From positions 62,001 through 126,000 of the IMG/VR virus record IMGVR_UViG_3300047445_000186: DNA of 64,000 nt, one strand, 5' to 3'. Positions 54,536-61,344 of the stretch are shown here, in pieces; position 1 is the first letter of the stretch, and every line of letters starts with the position of its first letter. A program made the position numbers and the translations under genes. Under the pieces are notes generated by a model. That model ran no database searches. It had not been told where the DNA came from and saw only the letters and a list, made by a program, of their open reading frames with translations.

Positions 54536-54567
54536 GCGAGATCCCGTGTGAGAACGCCGGATCTCGC
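54536..54567 (+). terminator. hairpin ending the late unit
   Basis: GCGAGATCC...GGATCTCGC followed by an AT-rich tract. Confidence 0.6.
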
Positions 54568-54577
54568 TATATAGATT

Positions 54578-54590
54578 TATAATTCATTCA
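54578..54590 (+). promoter_or_regulatory. promoter of the tRNA array leader
   Basis: TATAAT-TCATTCATGCGC, nearly identical to TATAAT-TCACTCATGCGC before the CUA tRNA at 49133. Confidence 0.65.
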
Positions 54591-55018
54591 TGCGCTGCTG
54601 CAAAGCAACGTAGACAACCGGATAGAGTAACTTCAAATGTACGCAACGTCAGTAACAGTCGGATATACATCAAGCCCAGTGCTTGGTGGTACCTCGCCTG
54701 CGCTCGCCTTGCCACTGGAGTTGACCCTCAGCTAAAGTTCTAACGAACCAAACGCAACGAGGGTCTAGACGAAAGTCGAGACCCTCGAGTGGTATCTGGA
54801 AGTTGATAAACGGTCATCCTGATAACTGATGAGTCAGTGATGATTAAGAAGATTACAATAACTCATCGACGCTGATTGAACATCGTTTCAACAGCAGCAA
54901 ATCTGAAAAGATCTGCAGTTCATTAAAAATTTAGAACACCAATCAAGCGCGCAGCTTGATGATCTGATCCGGTCTCGCAGATGCGACAAAGGTGAAAGAG
55001 AATTACTGCGCAGCTTTT

Positions 55019-55094
55019 ACCCGGTTAGCTCAGTTGGTAGAGCGGCGTCATGACATGGCGTAGGTCGTTGGTTCAAACCCAACACCGGGTACCA
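55019..55094 (+). tRNA. tRNA-Val(GAC)
   Basis: ACCCGGT/ACCGGGT acceptor; loop ATGACAT; TTCAAAC T loop; CCA. Confidence 0.85.
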
Positions 55095-55303
55095 TTGGAA
55101 ATCGCTCTTGTGACATCTTCTAACATGGAAAGATTCGCGGTGAGTATCGTAAAAATGCTGGTTTCGAGATCCAGCTGTCATTCGAGTGATTCCCAATGGT
55201 AAGAAAATCCTTGTTGTGAGGGTGGAAAGCGGAACACTGGCCATTTCGGTAAATCCTTTTGGTTGCACGCAGTTTTGAGTACATTCAACAGTCAATGAGG
55301 TAT

Positions 55304-55392
55304 GGGCCCGCTGTCCTTGGAGAGATAAGCTCGCTGTAAACGAGTGGCACGCAAATAAGTCTGAACTGGTTCGATTCCAGTCGGTCCCACCA
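55304..55392 (+). tRNA. tRNA-Tyr(GTA)
   Basis: GCTCG-CTGTAAA-CGAGT; long variable arm; CCA. Confidence 0.8.
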
Positions 55393-55400
55393 AATAACTT

Positions 55401-55483
55401 TCGCTTCAACCGTTGTGGTAACGGCCCGACTTTGAATCGGTGGTCACGAAAACTGATGAGGTTCGATTCCTCGTAGCGATCCA
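55401..55483 (+). tRNA. atypical tRNA-Gln(TTG)
   Basis: CCCGA-CTTTGAA-TCGGT; extended variable region; TTCGATT T loop; CCA. Confidence 0.65.
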
Positions 55484-55499
55484 AATTGAAGAACACCTT

Positions 55500-55586
55500 G
55501 CCCAGGTGGCGGAATTGGTAGACGCGCAGCGTTGAGGTCGCTGTGTCCGAAAGGACGTGGAGGTTCGAGTCCTCTCCTGGGCACCA
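55500..55586 (+). tRNA. tRNA-Leu(GAG)
   Basis: CAGCG-TTGAGGT-CGCTG; canonical long variable arm; CCA. Confidence 0.95.
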
Positions 55587-55681
55587 TGAAAATAAGAACA
55601 AAAACAAACACGGAACGATGTTGTCCTCGCAACATCGGGAATGTGAGGTCGCAGAAGCGATCTAAAACCGAGGCGTACTAA

Positions 55682-55774
55682 CCGTACTGATGAGCTGGTG
55701 AAACTCCAGCGAAACGCACTGAGAAAAGTTCATCGAGGTAAGAACTCTGAACGTAGTACCAGTAGCGTATACGG
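55682..55774 (+). ncRNA. type I hammerhead ribozyme
   Basis: Stem I CCGTA/TACGG; core CTGATGA; stem II GCTGG/CCAGC; GAAA; stem III ACGC/GCGT; GUA cleavage triplet with the cut after 55769. Confidence 0.85.
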
Positions 55775-55889
55775 GACAATGTGGTGAAGTTAAATGCAGT
55801 GAGTGCACTTACTGTATGATGCACCTTTGGTCAGCTTACATGCTGGTCAAGTTCAAGATCGGACCTTGATCGTTGCACCCGACCAATTT

Positions 55890-55965
55890 GGGCTTAAGCA
55901 TTGGGGTTGCGGGAACGCCTTGCAAGTGTTCTGTCAGTGGAGTTCGATTCTCCCTAGGTCCACCA
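55890..55965 (+). tRNA. tRNA-Cys(GCA)
   Basis: AACGC-CTTGCAA-GTGTT; CCA. Confidence 0.8.
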
Positions 55966-56024
55966 GAATGTTTCTCATTGTAGACAATGTACACAATGAG
56001 AAACAGTTTAAGAATGCACTTTGT

Positions 56025-56098
56025 CAGAGTGTGGTGACAAGTGGACGTCGACCGGGTTTGGAACCTGGAATATGCCGGTTCGAGGCCGGCCACTCTGA
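56025..56098 (+). tRNA. tRNA-Pro(TGG)-like, no encoded CCA, inside a 20-bp inverted repeat
   Basis: CCGGG-TTTGGAA-CCTGG; flanks 56012-56031 and 56091-56110 are perfect complements. Confidence 0.6.
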
Positions 56099-56113
56099 CA
56101 AAGTGCATTCGAT

Positions 56114-56190
56114 CGGAGATTAGCGCAGTCTGGTAGCGCATCTGCTTTGGGAGCAGAGGGTCAGAGGTTCGAATCCTCTATCTCCGACCA
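56114..56190 (+). tRNA. tRNA-Pro(TGG)
   Basis: Canonical CGGAGAT acceptor; TCTGC-TTTGGGA-GCAGA; CCA. Confidence 0.95.
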
Positions 56191-56340
56191 AATATCTCTC
56201 CATGACACGGGGAGTACAATGTGATAAGTTCCGTGTCCTTAGTCGGTGAAAGTTCGCGATAGCGCCGGAAACGGTTTGACTCGAGCAAGATGAAGATCGC
56301 TAGATCTTGCCGGGAAGCACTTGGTTATGCTTCAGCTATT

Positions 56341-56414
56341 TTGGTAGTAGCATGTGTGGGATATGCAGCCCTTTGGTGGGAAGATCACAGGTTCAAATCC
56401 TGTCTACTGATCCA
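56341..56414 (+). tRNA. degenerate tRNA-like gene (Pro TGG-like anticodon region)
   Basis: Acceptor, D and T arms and CCA present; anticodon stem poorly paired. Confidence 0.45.
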
Positions 56415-56531
56415 GGTAAGTCTCAGTCCTTCTAATGACTGAGTGGTGGAACGTCGCGTTGAAACCAATGCGGCCCCAGAACGTGAAATTGAATGTGGTC
56501 TGAACATCATTTGTTTACCACAGGAGAAATC

Positions 56532-56810
56532 ATGTTCAAAGTTCAATACGATGTCAATGTTCCAGGCGCATGGCGCGGTGCTCGGACTCTGTCCCCAGGC
56601 GATCTCGGCGAAAACCCTTCGGGGTGGACGATCACGGGTGTTGTCCATGAGGATTATTTCGAGTGGGTGAATTACTTTGAAGCGAAGCATCCTACCTTCG
56701 GGTGGGTACGTGGAGACTTCGAGTCGGAAATCCAGGCAAAATCTAAGAAAGCGTTCGCGCACTTCTTAGAGAATCATCCGCCAAATGAGTGGGATTACGG
56801 CGATATCTGA
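56532..56810 (+). CDS. conserved hypothetical protein in tRNA array
   Basis: AGGAG SD; GWTITG...EDYFEWVN...GDFE...WDYGDI. Confidence 0.8.
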   Translation: MFKVQYDVNVPGAWRGARTLSPGDLGENPSGWTITGVVHEDYFEWVNYFEAKHPTFGWVRGDFESEIQAKSKKAFAHFLENHPPNEWDYGDI

Positions 56811-56852
56811 AAGAACTCTCCTCGGTATGAGATAAAAAGGCCGTGAAATTCT

Positions 56853-56928
56853 GGGGGATTAGCTCATCTGGGAGAGCGGCAGCTTTGCAAGCTGTAGGTG
56901 ATCGGTTCGAGTCCGATATCCTCCACCA
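56853..56928 (+). tRNA. tRNA-Ala(TGC)
   Basis: G3-U70; GCAGC-TTTGCAA-GCTGT; CCA. Confidence 0.95.
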
Positions 56929-57146
56929 AATTTGATCCTAACGGCGCTAATAACCGAGATAACGCCGTGAAGAACATGAACTGCTGGCAAAGTCGATAAA
57001 TTCCTTCTCAGGATGTGCAGTTGTTCAGGGTCAATTCGTTTATTGGTTGTAGGTGCTGCCCCACGTAAAGTACAGAACCTTCAGAATTCCGTGATCAGAT
57101 ACGGCCGCCTAACAAGCGGCAAGAGTCCTCTGATCGCGATCCAATT

Positions 57147-57220
57147 TCGACGCTAGTGTAGTAGATGCACGCCGTCCATGAGTGGCGGAAGGAAAGGTGC
57201 AAATCCTTTGTGTTGATCCA
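57147..57220 (+). tRNA. atypical tRNA-like gene (anticodon position TGA, short variable loop)
   Basis: Full cloverleaf spacing and CCA, but A33 and T loop TGCAAAT. Confidence 0.5.
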
Positions 57221-57225
57221 TCTTT

Positions 57226-57297
57226 GCGGGTGGTTTGTGGAATACGTTTAGCCTTCCAAGCTGAAAGATGCAGGTTCGAACCCTGTCGCCCGCTCCA
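57226..57297 (+). tRNA. tRNA-Gly(TCC)
   Basis: TTAGC-CTTCCAA-GCTGA; U73; CCA. Confidence 0.9.
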
Positions 57298-57384
57298 TAT
57301 CTGAACGCTCTTGCGGTAAAGAGTGCAGCGCCTGCAGCGTGTCTTCTCCCTCGAGGACAAGTGCATTCGAGAGCGTTCAGATAT

Positions 57385-57470
57385 GGGTATTCGTCAGAGC
57401 TGGAGAGCTGAAGCGGGCTGTAACCCCGTTCCTTATAGGTGAGCAGGTTCGATTCCTGCAGTACCCACCA
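57385..57470 (+). tRNA. tRNA-Tyr(GTA), second copy
   Basis: GCGGG-CTGTAAC-CCCGT; variable arm; CCA. Confidence 0.88.
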
Positions 57471-57488
57471 GAATTTTAGGAGTTCAAA

Positions 57489-57752
57489 TTGCGTTGTAAA
57501 CCAGGTATCCTCGCCGAGATTATCGGCGGTGTAGATGGTCTGAACAAAGGAAAGATCGTTGAAGTCGTTGCGTTCGCAGGAATGCACGTTGAATTCGGTC
57601 CAATCTGGGAAATCAGGTCACGCACTCTCGATCTCGTTTCTGAGTACGGTGGAATGTCTAAGGACGCGCACTGTGCTGACATTTGGTTGAAGCCGATTCC
57701 AACGGATCCGCTCCCACCAAAGGTGAAGACAAAAGACCTCGAGCTCGTATGA
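57489..57752 (+). CDS. hypothetical protein
   Basis: AGGAG SD with TTG start; WLKPI motif; ATGA overlap. Confidence 0.7.
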   Translation: MRCKPGILAEIIGGVDGLNKGKIVEVVAFAGMHVEFGPIWEIRSRTLDLVSEYGGMSKDAHCADIWLKPIPTDPLPPKVKTKDLELV

Positions 57753-57979
57753 TCGTGTGTCTCTGCTACCGAGTCTCTTCGAATGAGATTCGCGACGCAG
57801 CGAAGTTCTTGAACGCGAAGACCATTGAGGAACTCCAATGTGGTCTCGAAGTCTGCCAGAATTGTGAAGTGTGCAAGCCGTACATTGAAGCGATTCTGCA
57901 GGAAACGGTTCCTTCCGTATCGCATGGGTTAAGCGATGGTGATCACGATACCACAATCGAGACGCGGCTACTGTGTTAA
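57749..57979 (+). CDS. bfd: Bfd-like [2Fe-2S] protein
   Basis: MIVCLCYRVSSNEIRDA...VCQNCEVCKPYIEAIL, the Bfd CxC...CxxC pattern. Confidence 0.75.
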   Translation: MIVCLCYRVSSNEIRDAAKFLNAKTIEELQCGLEVCQNCEVCKPYIEAILQETVPSVSHGLSDGDHDTTIETRLLC

Positions 57980-58140
57980 TGTGGTGAGATGTACTCTAGA
58001 GTCTCGGCCATGAACGTTCCTGTTCATTGGAGATACGAATATTCCCTGAGTTGGTTTATGAGAAAGTTCACGTTAACAACTGCTCAAAGCTGGTAGGTAA
58101 GCTACAAGTCGTAATGTTGGGAAACGTCGCGCAGATATAT

Positions 58141-58216
58141 GCCCTTGTAGCTCAGTGGTAGAGCACCCGCCTTGTAAGCGGTAGGTCGCGAGTTCAATTC
58201 TCCGCCAGGGGCACCA
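58141..58216 (+). tRNA. tRNA-Thr(TGT)
   Basis: CCCGC-CTTGTAA-GCGGT; CCA. Confidence 0.9.
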
Positions 58217-58224
58217 TGAATTAT

Positions 58225-58304
58225 TGCGGGGTAGGGGAGTCTGGTCGTCCCCGCCAGTCTCATAAGCTGGAGATCGTGCGGTTCAAATCCCACCCCCGCA
58301 ACCA
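58225..58304 (+). tRNA. tRNA-Met(CAT), initiator-like acceptor
   Basis: GCGGGG acceptor; loop CTCATAA; CCA. Confidence 0.8.
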
Positions 58305-58349
58305 ATTCCCTGAGTTGATGTTGAACTCTAATACAAGAAATCATCACCT

Positions 58350-58426
58350 GCCCTGTTACGCTAATTGGTAGTGCGGACAGTTTCAAACACTGTTGGTTCT
58401 CGGTTCGAATCCGAGATGGGGCACCA
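58350..58426 (+). tRNA. tRNA-Leu(CAA) with short variable loop
   Basis: ACAGT-TTCAAAC-ACTGT; 5-nt variable loop; A73; CCA. Confidence 0.78.
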
Positions 58427-58431
58427 GATTT

Positions 58432-58508
58432 GCGGTCGTGGTGTAATTGGTAAACGCCTCCGGTTCAGAACCGTAGTCCTGTGGGTTCGAGTCCCACCGA
58501 CCGCACCA
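58432..58508 (+). tRNA. tRNA-Leu(CAG) with short variable loop
   Basis: TCCGG-TTCAGAA-CCGTA; short variable loop; A73; CCA. Confidence 0.8.
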
Positions 58509-58642
58509 GAACGAAACGTGCAGCAATGCACCGATATCGCCGAACGTGGTAGGCGTAGAGCATGGGCTAAATCGATGATGCAGCATGCCGCTAAGTAACA
58601 ACCAACTCTTGTTGATTATCAGACTAAATCATCAGAATTCAT

Positions 58643-58752
58643 GCGCGTGTTGCGGAACGGCACACGCTGTCGGTAAAGAGCCGACGACCCAGACGTTCGA
58701 CTCGTCTTAAACTATGGAGGGGATGTAGGTTCGAATCCTACCGCGCGCACCA
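58643..58752 (+). ncRNA. Leu-like tRNA with an extra T-arm-like hairpin
   Basis: GCGCGTG/CGCGCGC acceptor, Leu-type D arm, GTCGG-TAAAGAG-CCGAC, extra AGACG-TTCGACT-CGTCT, then GTAGG-TTCGAAT-CCTAC, A, CCA. Confidence 0.6.
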
Positions 58753-58874
58753 GGTTTTGATCGATGCCTTAATTGGGTATCTGTGTTCCAGACGGATTGT
58801 TCTTCGGTCTGGACGTGAAGTACTCGCTCCCACAGAGTAAGAGAACATGAGGGGAGTCTCGATCAAATTAGTTT

Positions 58875-59005
58875 GGAGTCGTGGTGTAATGGTAGCACAC
58901 GTACAAACTCGATTTCTCCATTTTGTCGCTTCGGCGACCGCACTGAAATTGATTATCTCCCGTAACGAGCGGGGACCGCGGTTCGAATCCCGGTAGACTC
59001 CACCA
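58875..59005 (+). ncRNA. tRNA-like RNA with large insertion replacing the anticodon arm
   Basis: GGAGTC/GACTCC acceptor, GGTGTAATGGTAGCAC D arm, GGTTCGAATCC T arm, ACCA; 131 nt total. Confidence 0.65.
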
Positions 59006-59010
59006 AATAT

Positions 59011-59086
59011 AGGCATGACGCTGAAATGGTTTCAGGCCGCGGTCACATCGCGGATTTAGGGAGTTCGATTCTCCACTTGCCCACCA
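59011..59086 (+). tRNA. tRNA-Val(CAC)
   Basis: CCGCG-GTCACAT-CGCGG; imperfect acceptor; CCA. Confidence 0.7.
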
Positions 59087-59096
59087 TTGTTTTGAG

Positions 59097-59244
59097 AATG
59101 TTTATCAGAAAGTCTAACCGCTGACAGTTGGTTATCTACTTTTACTGCTTAAAAAATCCGGAGATGGTTCAATTCCTCTCATGGTCTGCTGGTGCCGGAG
59201 ACCAATGCCCAACTTCACTTTTGTTCGGCGTTCTGATAAACATT
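59097..59244 (+). ncRNA. candidate structured RNA closed by a 14-bp inverted repeat
   Basis: AATGTTTATCAGAA/TTCTGATAAACATT; internal hairpins, including a GGTTCAATTCC T-loop-like element. Confidence 0.45.
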
Positions 59245-59257
59245 TTGAAAGAGTATC

Positions 59258-59491
59258 ATGAAAATGGTAACCCGCGACGATTATCCTAATTTGGATCCGG
59301 AAGTTTCAGTGCACAATTGCACTGCAGAAAATCCGATGCCTCCAGAGGTTGGAGATCGCGCTCAAGAGCTGAAGCAGCTTTGGGTACATCATGATACTGA
59401 AGAAATTTGGGAGAGCGATTCAGGCCGCTTTATGCGCGTTCGCTGTCTGCACTGCAAGTACGAGTACACAATCGACTTCGGTGATGATTGA
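59258..59491 (+). CDS. small zinc-ribbon-like protein
   Basis: HNC...WVH...RCLHCKY. Confidence 0.65.
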   Translation: MKMVTRDDYPNLDPEVSVHNCTAENPMPPEVGDRAQELKQLWVHHDTEEIWESDSGRFMRVRCLHCKYEYTIDFGDD

Positions 59492-59496
59492 GATTT

Positions 59497-59571
59497 GGGT
59501 CCTTAGCACAGCGGTAGTGCGGCTCCTTTACACGGAGTAGGTCGTAGGTTCGATCCCTACAGGACCCACCA
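59497..59571 (+). tRNA. tRNA-Val(TAC)
   Basis: GCTCC-TTTACAC-GGAGT; CCA. Confidence 0.93.
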
Positions 59572-59628
59572 AGTTTTGTCACCCTACCCAAGGGGTCCAT
59601 GAGAGTGGTTGGAAGCATCATGGCAAGT

Positions 59629-59703
59629 GTTTACGTAGCTCAGTGGAAAGAGCGCCATCCATCGCGTGGTGGAGACGCAGGTTCGAATCCTGTCGTAGTT
59701 CCG
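59629..59703 (+). tRNA. degenerate tRNA (anticodon position ATC), no CCA
   Basis: Canonical D and T arms; loop CCATCGC; weak acceptor. Confidence 0.45.
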
Positions 59704-59809
59704 TGACAAATTATTTTGCTGCTTGGTAAGACAAGCTAACGGAGGATGGGAAGTACGTCGCCATGAAGGCGATACGGCGGATACCCCACCGGCCTTGCAG
59801 CTCCAATTT

Positions 59810-59901
59810 GGAAGATGATACCTGATGGTGACGGTGGCTCCCTGCTAAGGAGTTCGTCCGGTGATGAACCGGATTCGGTTCGATTCCGACCTCTTCCTCC
59901 A
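59810..59901 (+). tRNA. tRNA-Ser(GCT)
   Basis: GCTCC-CTGCTAA-GGAGT; long variable arm; CCA. Confidence 0.9.
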
Positions 59902-59905
59902 ATAT

Positions 59906-60015
59906 GGCGCATTGACCTGTAGTAGCGCTTAAATGCAGGGCGATATGGTATCAAGCACGAAGGCTGCTCGAGCAGCTAGAGGCAATGAGGTTCGAATCCT
60001 CCCAGTGCGCCGCCA
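59906..60015 (+). ncRNA. tRNA-like RNA with 9-bp acceptor stem
   Basis: GGCGCATTG/CAGTGCGCC, G, CCA; GAGG-TTCGAAT-CCTC T arm; CCTGTA/TGCAGG and GCTGC-TCGA-GCAGC arms. Confidence 0.6.
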
Positions 60016-60032
60016 ATTTAGTGGAGTGAGAC

Positions 60033-60338
60033 ATGAAACTGCGAAACATCATCCTCGCTCTGAAGGACCAACTGCCGCTCAGACGGCTGATCAGAAATCT
60101 TTGGAACGGTCGTGTGACTGGTCTGACGCATCCAAGAACGCACTTGAATGCGAACGGCAAACCAAAGATCATGTACAACACAAAAGCGACTGCAGTGAAA
60201 GCTGCAGCTGCGATGGCCGCGAAGCGTGGCGTACCGTTCGGAAATTGGAAATGCATGCATTGCGATGGTTTCCACATCGGCAAGAACCGATCGTACGACA
60301 ACTTCAAGGCAAATCAGAACATGGAAGAGTCTCCCTGA
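60033..60338 (+). CDS. basic hypothetical protein with CxxC
   Basis: GGAG SD; WKCMHCDGFHIG; 3' end overlaps the tRNA-Ser gene. Confidence 0.75.
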   Translation: MKLRNIILALKDQLPLRRLIRNLWNGRVTGLTHPRTHLNANGKPKIMYNTKATAVKAAAAMAAKRGVPFGNWKCMHCDGFHIGKNRSYDNFKANQNMEESP

Positions 60339-60413
60339 TGGTGATGGGGTCCGCCTCGAAAGCGGTTCTGTCCACGCGAGTGGGCAACGGTTCGATTCCG
60401 TACTCTTCCTCCA
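60323..60413 (+). tRNA. tRNA-Ser(CGA)
   Basis: TCCGC-CTCGAAA-GCGGT; long variable arm; CCA. Confidence 0.9.
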
Positions 60414-60420
60414 GAACAGT

Positions 60421-60475
60421 GGGTGGGTTTGTGGCAAACCCGGGAATGCAGGTTCGAGTCCTGTCCCATCCACCA
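60421..60475 (+). ncRNA. 55-nt anticodon-less mini-tRNA with alanine identity elements
   Basis: GGGTGGG/CCCATCC acceptor with G3-U70, A73, CCA; GCAGG-TTCGAGT-CCTGT T arm; only 20 nt between acceptor and T arm. Confidence 0.75.
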
Positions 60476-60701
60476 ATAGTTGAGGGCCTTCGATCGCATC
60501 GAGGGCGTGGTTAGACTGCGCAGTCGGACGAAGATCGTGGCCACGGTCAATGTCCTAAAAGTTGTTTGGTATGTGAGGTTCAACTCCTCACCAACTTTAA
60601 CCACCTCATTCAATTTAAGCGGGACCGCTGGGTCAACAAGTCTGCATAAGCCGGAGGTGCTTGCACCGAAGAGAGATACAGCCCAGGTTAAAACCGCTTT
60701 T

Positions 60702-60790
60702 GGAGAGTTGTCCCTGATGGTGATGGGCACCGCTTGGAAAGCGGTTGCACTGCGAAAGCGGTGACGGTTCGATTCCGTAGCTCTCCTCCA
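60702..60790 (+). tRNA. tRNA-Ser(GGA)
   Basis: ACCGC-TTGGAAA-GCGGT; long variable arm; CCA. Confidence 0.92.
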
Positions 60791-60797
60791 GAATTCC

Positions 60798-60874
60798 GCG
60801 CGAATGGCCGAATCGGTATAGGCAAGAGGCTTAAACCCTCTTTGTTGTCGGTTCGAGTCCGACTTCGCGCACCA
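60798..60874 (+). tRNA. tRNA-Leu(TAA) with short variable loop
   Basis: AGAGG-CTTAAAC-CCTCT; short variable loop; A73; CCA. Confidence 0.82.
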
Positions 60875-60879
60875 AACAT

Positions 60880-60962
60880 GGCCTCGTGGATAGTGCAAAT
60901 CGGTACAGCTACCGGGTTTAGAACCCGGACCATTGTGAGTTCGAGTCTCACCGAGGCTACCA
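60880..60962 (+). tRNA. tRNA-Leu(TAG) with short variable loop
   Basis: CCGGG-TTTAGAA-CCCGG; 6-nt variable loop; enlarged D loop; CCA. Confidence 0.8.
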
Positions 60963-60971
60963 TGAATTTTT

Positions 60972-61047
<76 letters not shown>

Positions 61048-61052
61048 GATAT

Positions 61053-61138
61053 GCGTGAGGTCGTGGGACCTATGGCAAAGCGCGAATCGGCCGAGAACGC
61101 GCCGAAGTCGCTTGGTTCGACTCCAAGCTCCCGCTCCA
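61053..61138 (+). ncRNA. Gly-like tRNA variant with expanded anticodon loop
   Basis: GCG acceptor start, U73, CCA, canonical T arm; GCGCG-AATCGGCCGAGAA-CGCGC arm. Confidence 0.55.
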
Positions 61139-61159
61139 ATATTGGTGTTCTAAATTTAT

Positions 61160-61249
61160 GGAGACGTGGCAGAGTGGCCTATCGCTCCGGCCTTGAAAAC
61201 CGGCGACCCTTAACCGGGTCCGTGAGTTCGAATCTCACCGTCTCCGCCA
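61160..61249 (+). tRNA. tRNA-Ser(TGA)
   Basis: Loop CTTGAAA; long variable arm; G73; CCA. Confidence 0.93.
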
Positions 61250-61254
61250 TCTAT

Positions 61255-61343
61255 GTTCAGTGTGGTGAGCAATTGTCGAATTGGTACAGCCCCTTGCGTT
61301 TAGCGAGGCCACTTTGCGGGTTCGAATCCCGTCACTGAACTCC
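61255..61343 (+). ncRNA. degenerate tRNA-like gene with 8-bp acceptor
   Basis: GTTCAGTG/CACTGAAC; GCGGG-TTCGAAT-CCCGT; CCTTG-CGTTTAG-CGAGG; no CCA. Confidence 0.45.
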
Positions 61344-61344
61344 T

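Noticed and set aside
54826-54900. Second hammerhead at CTGATGAG (also the CTGATGAG at about 55453)
   Set aside because: No C-GAAA after a stem II and no matching stem I/III; the 55453 hit is part of a tRNA variable/T arm.
58350-58426. Opal suppressor or Trp tRNA with anticodon TCA
   Set aside because: The only fully paired anticodon stem (ACAGT/ACTGT) puts CAA, not TCA, at positions 34-36.
60618-60700. Twister or SRP RNA
   Set aside because: Only fragments (ACAAG, TTAA) resemble twister and the pseudoknots could not be assigned; no SRP GGAA/CAGG core. Left as an unassigned structured element.
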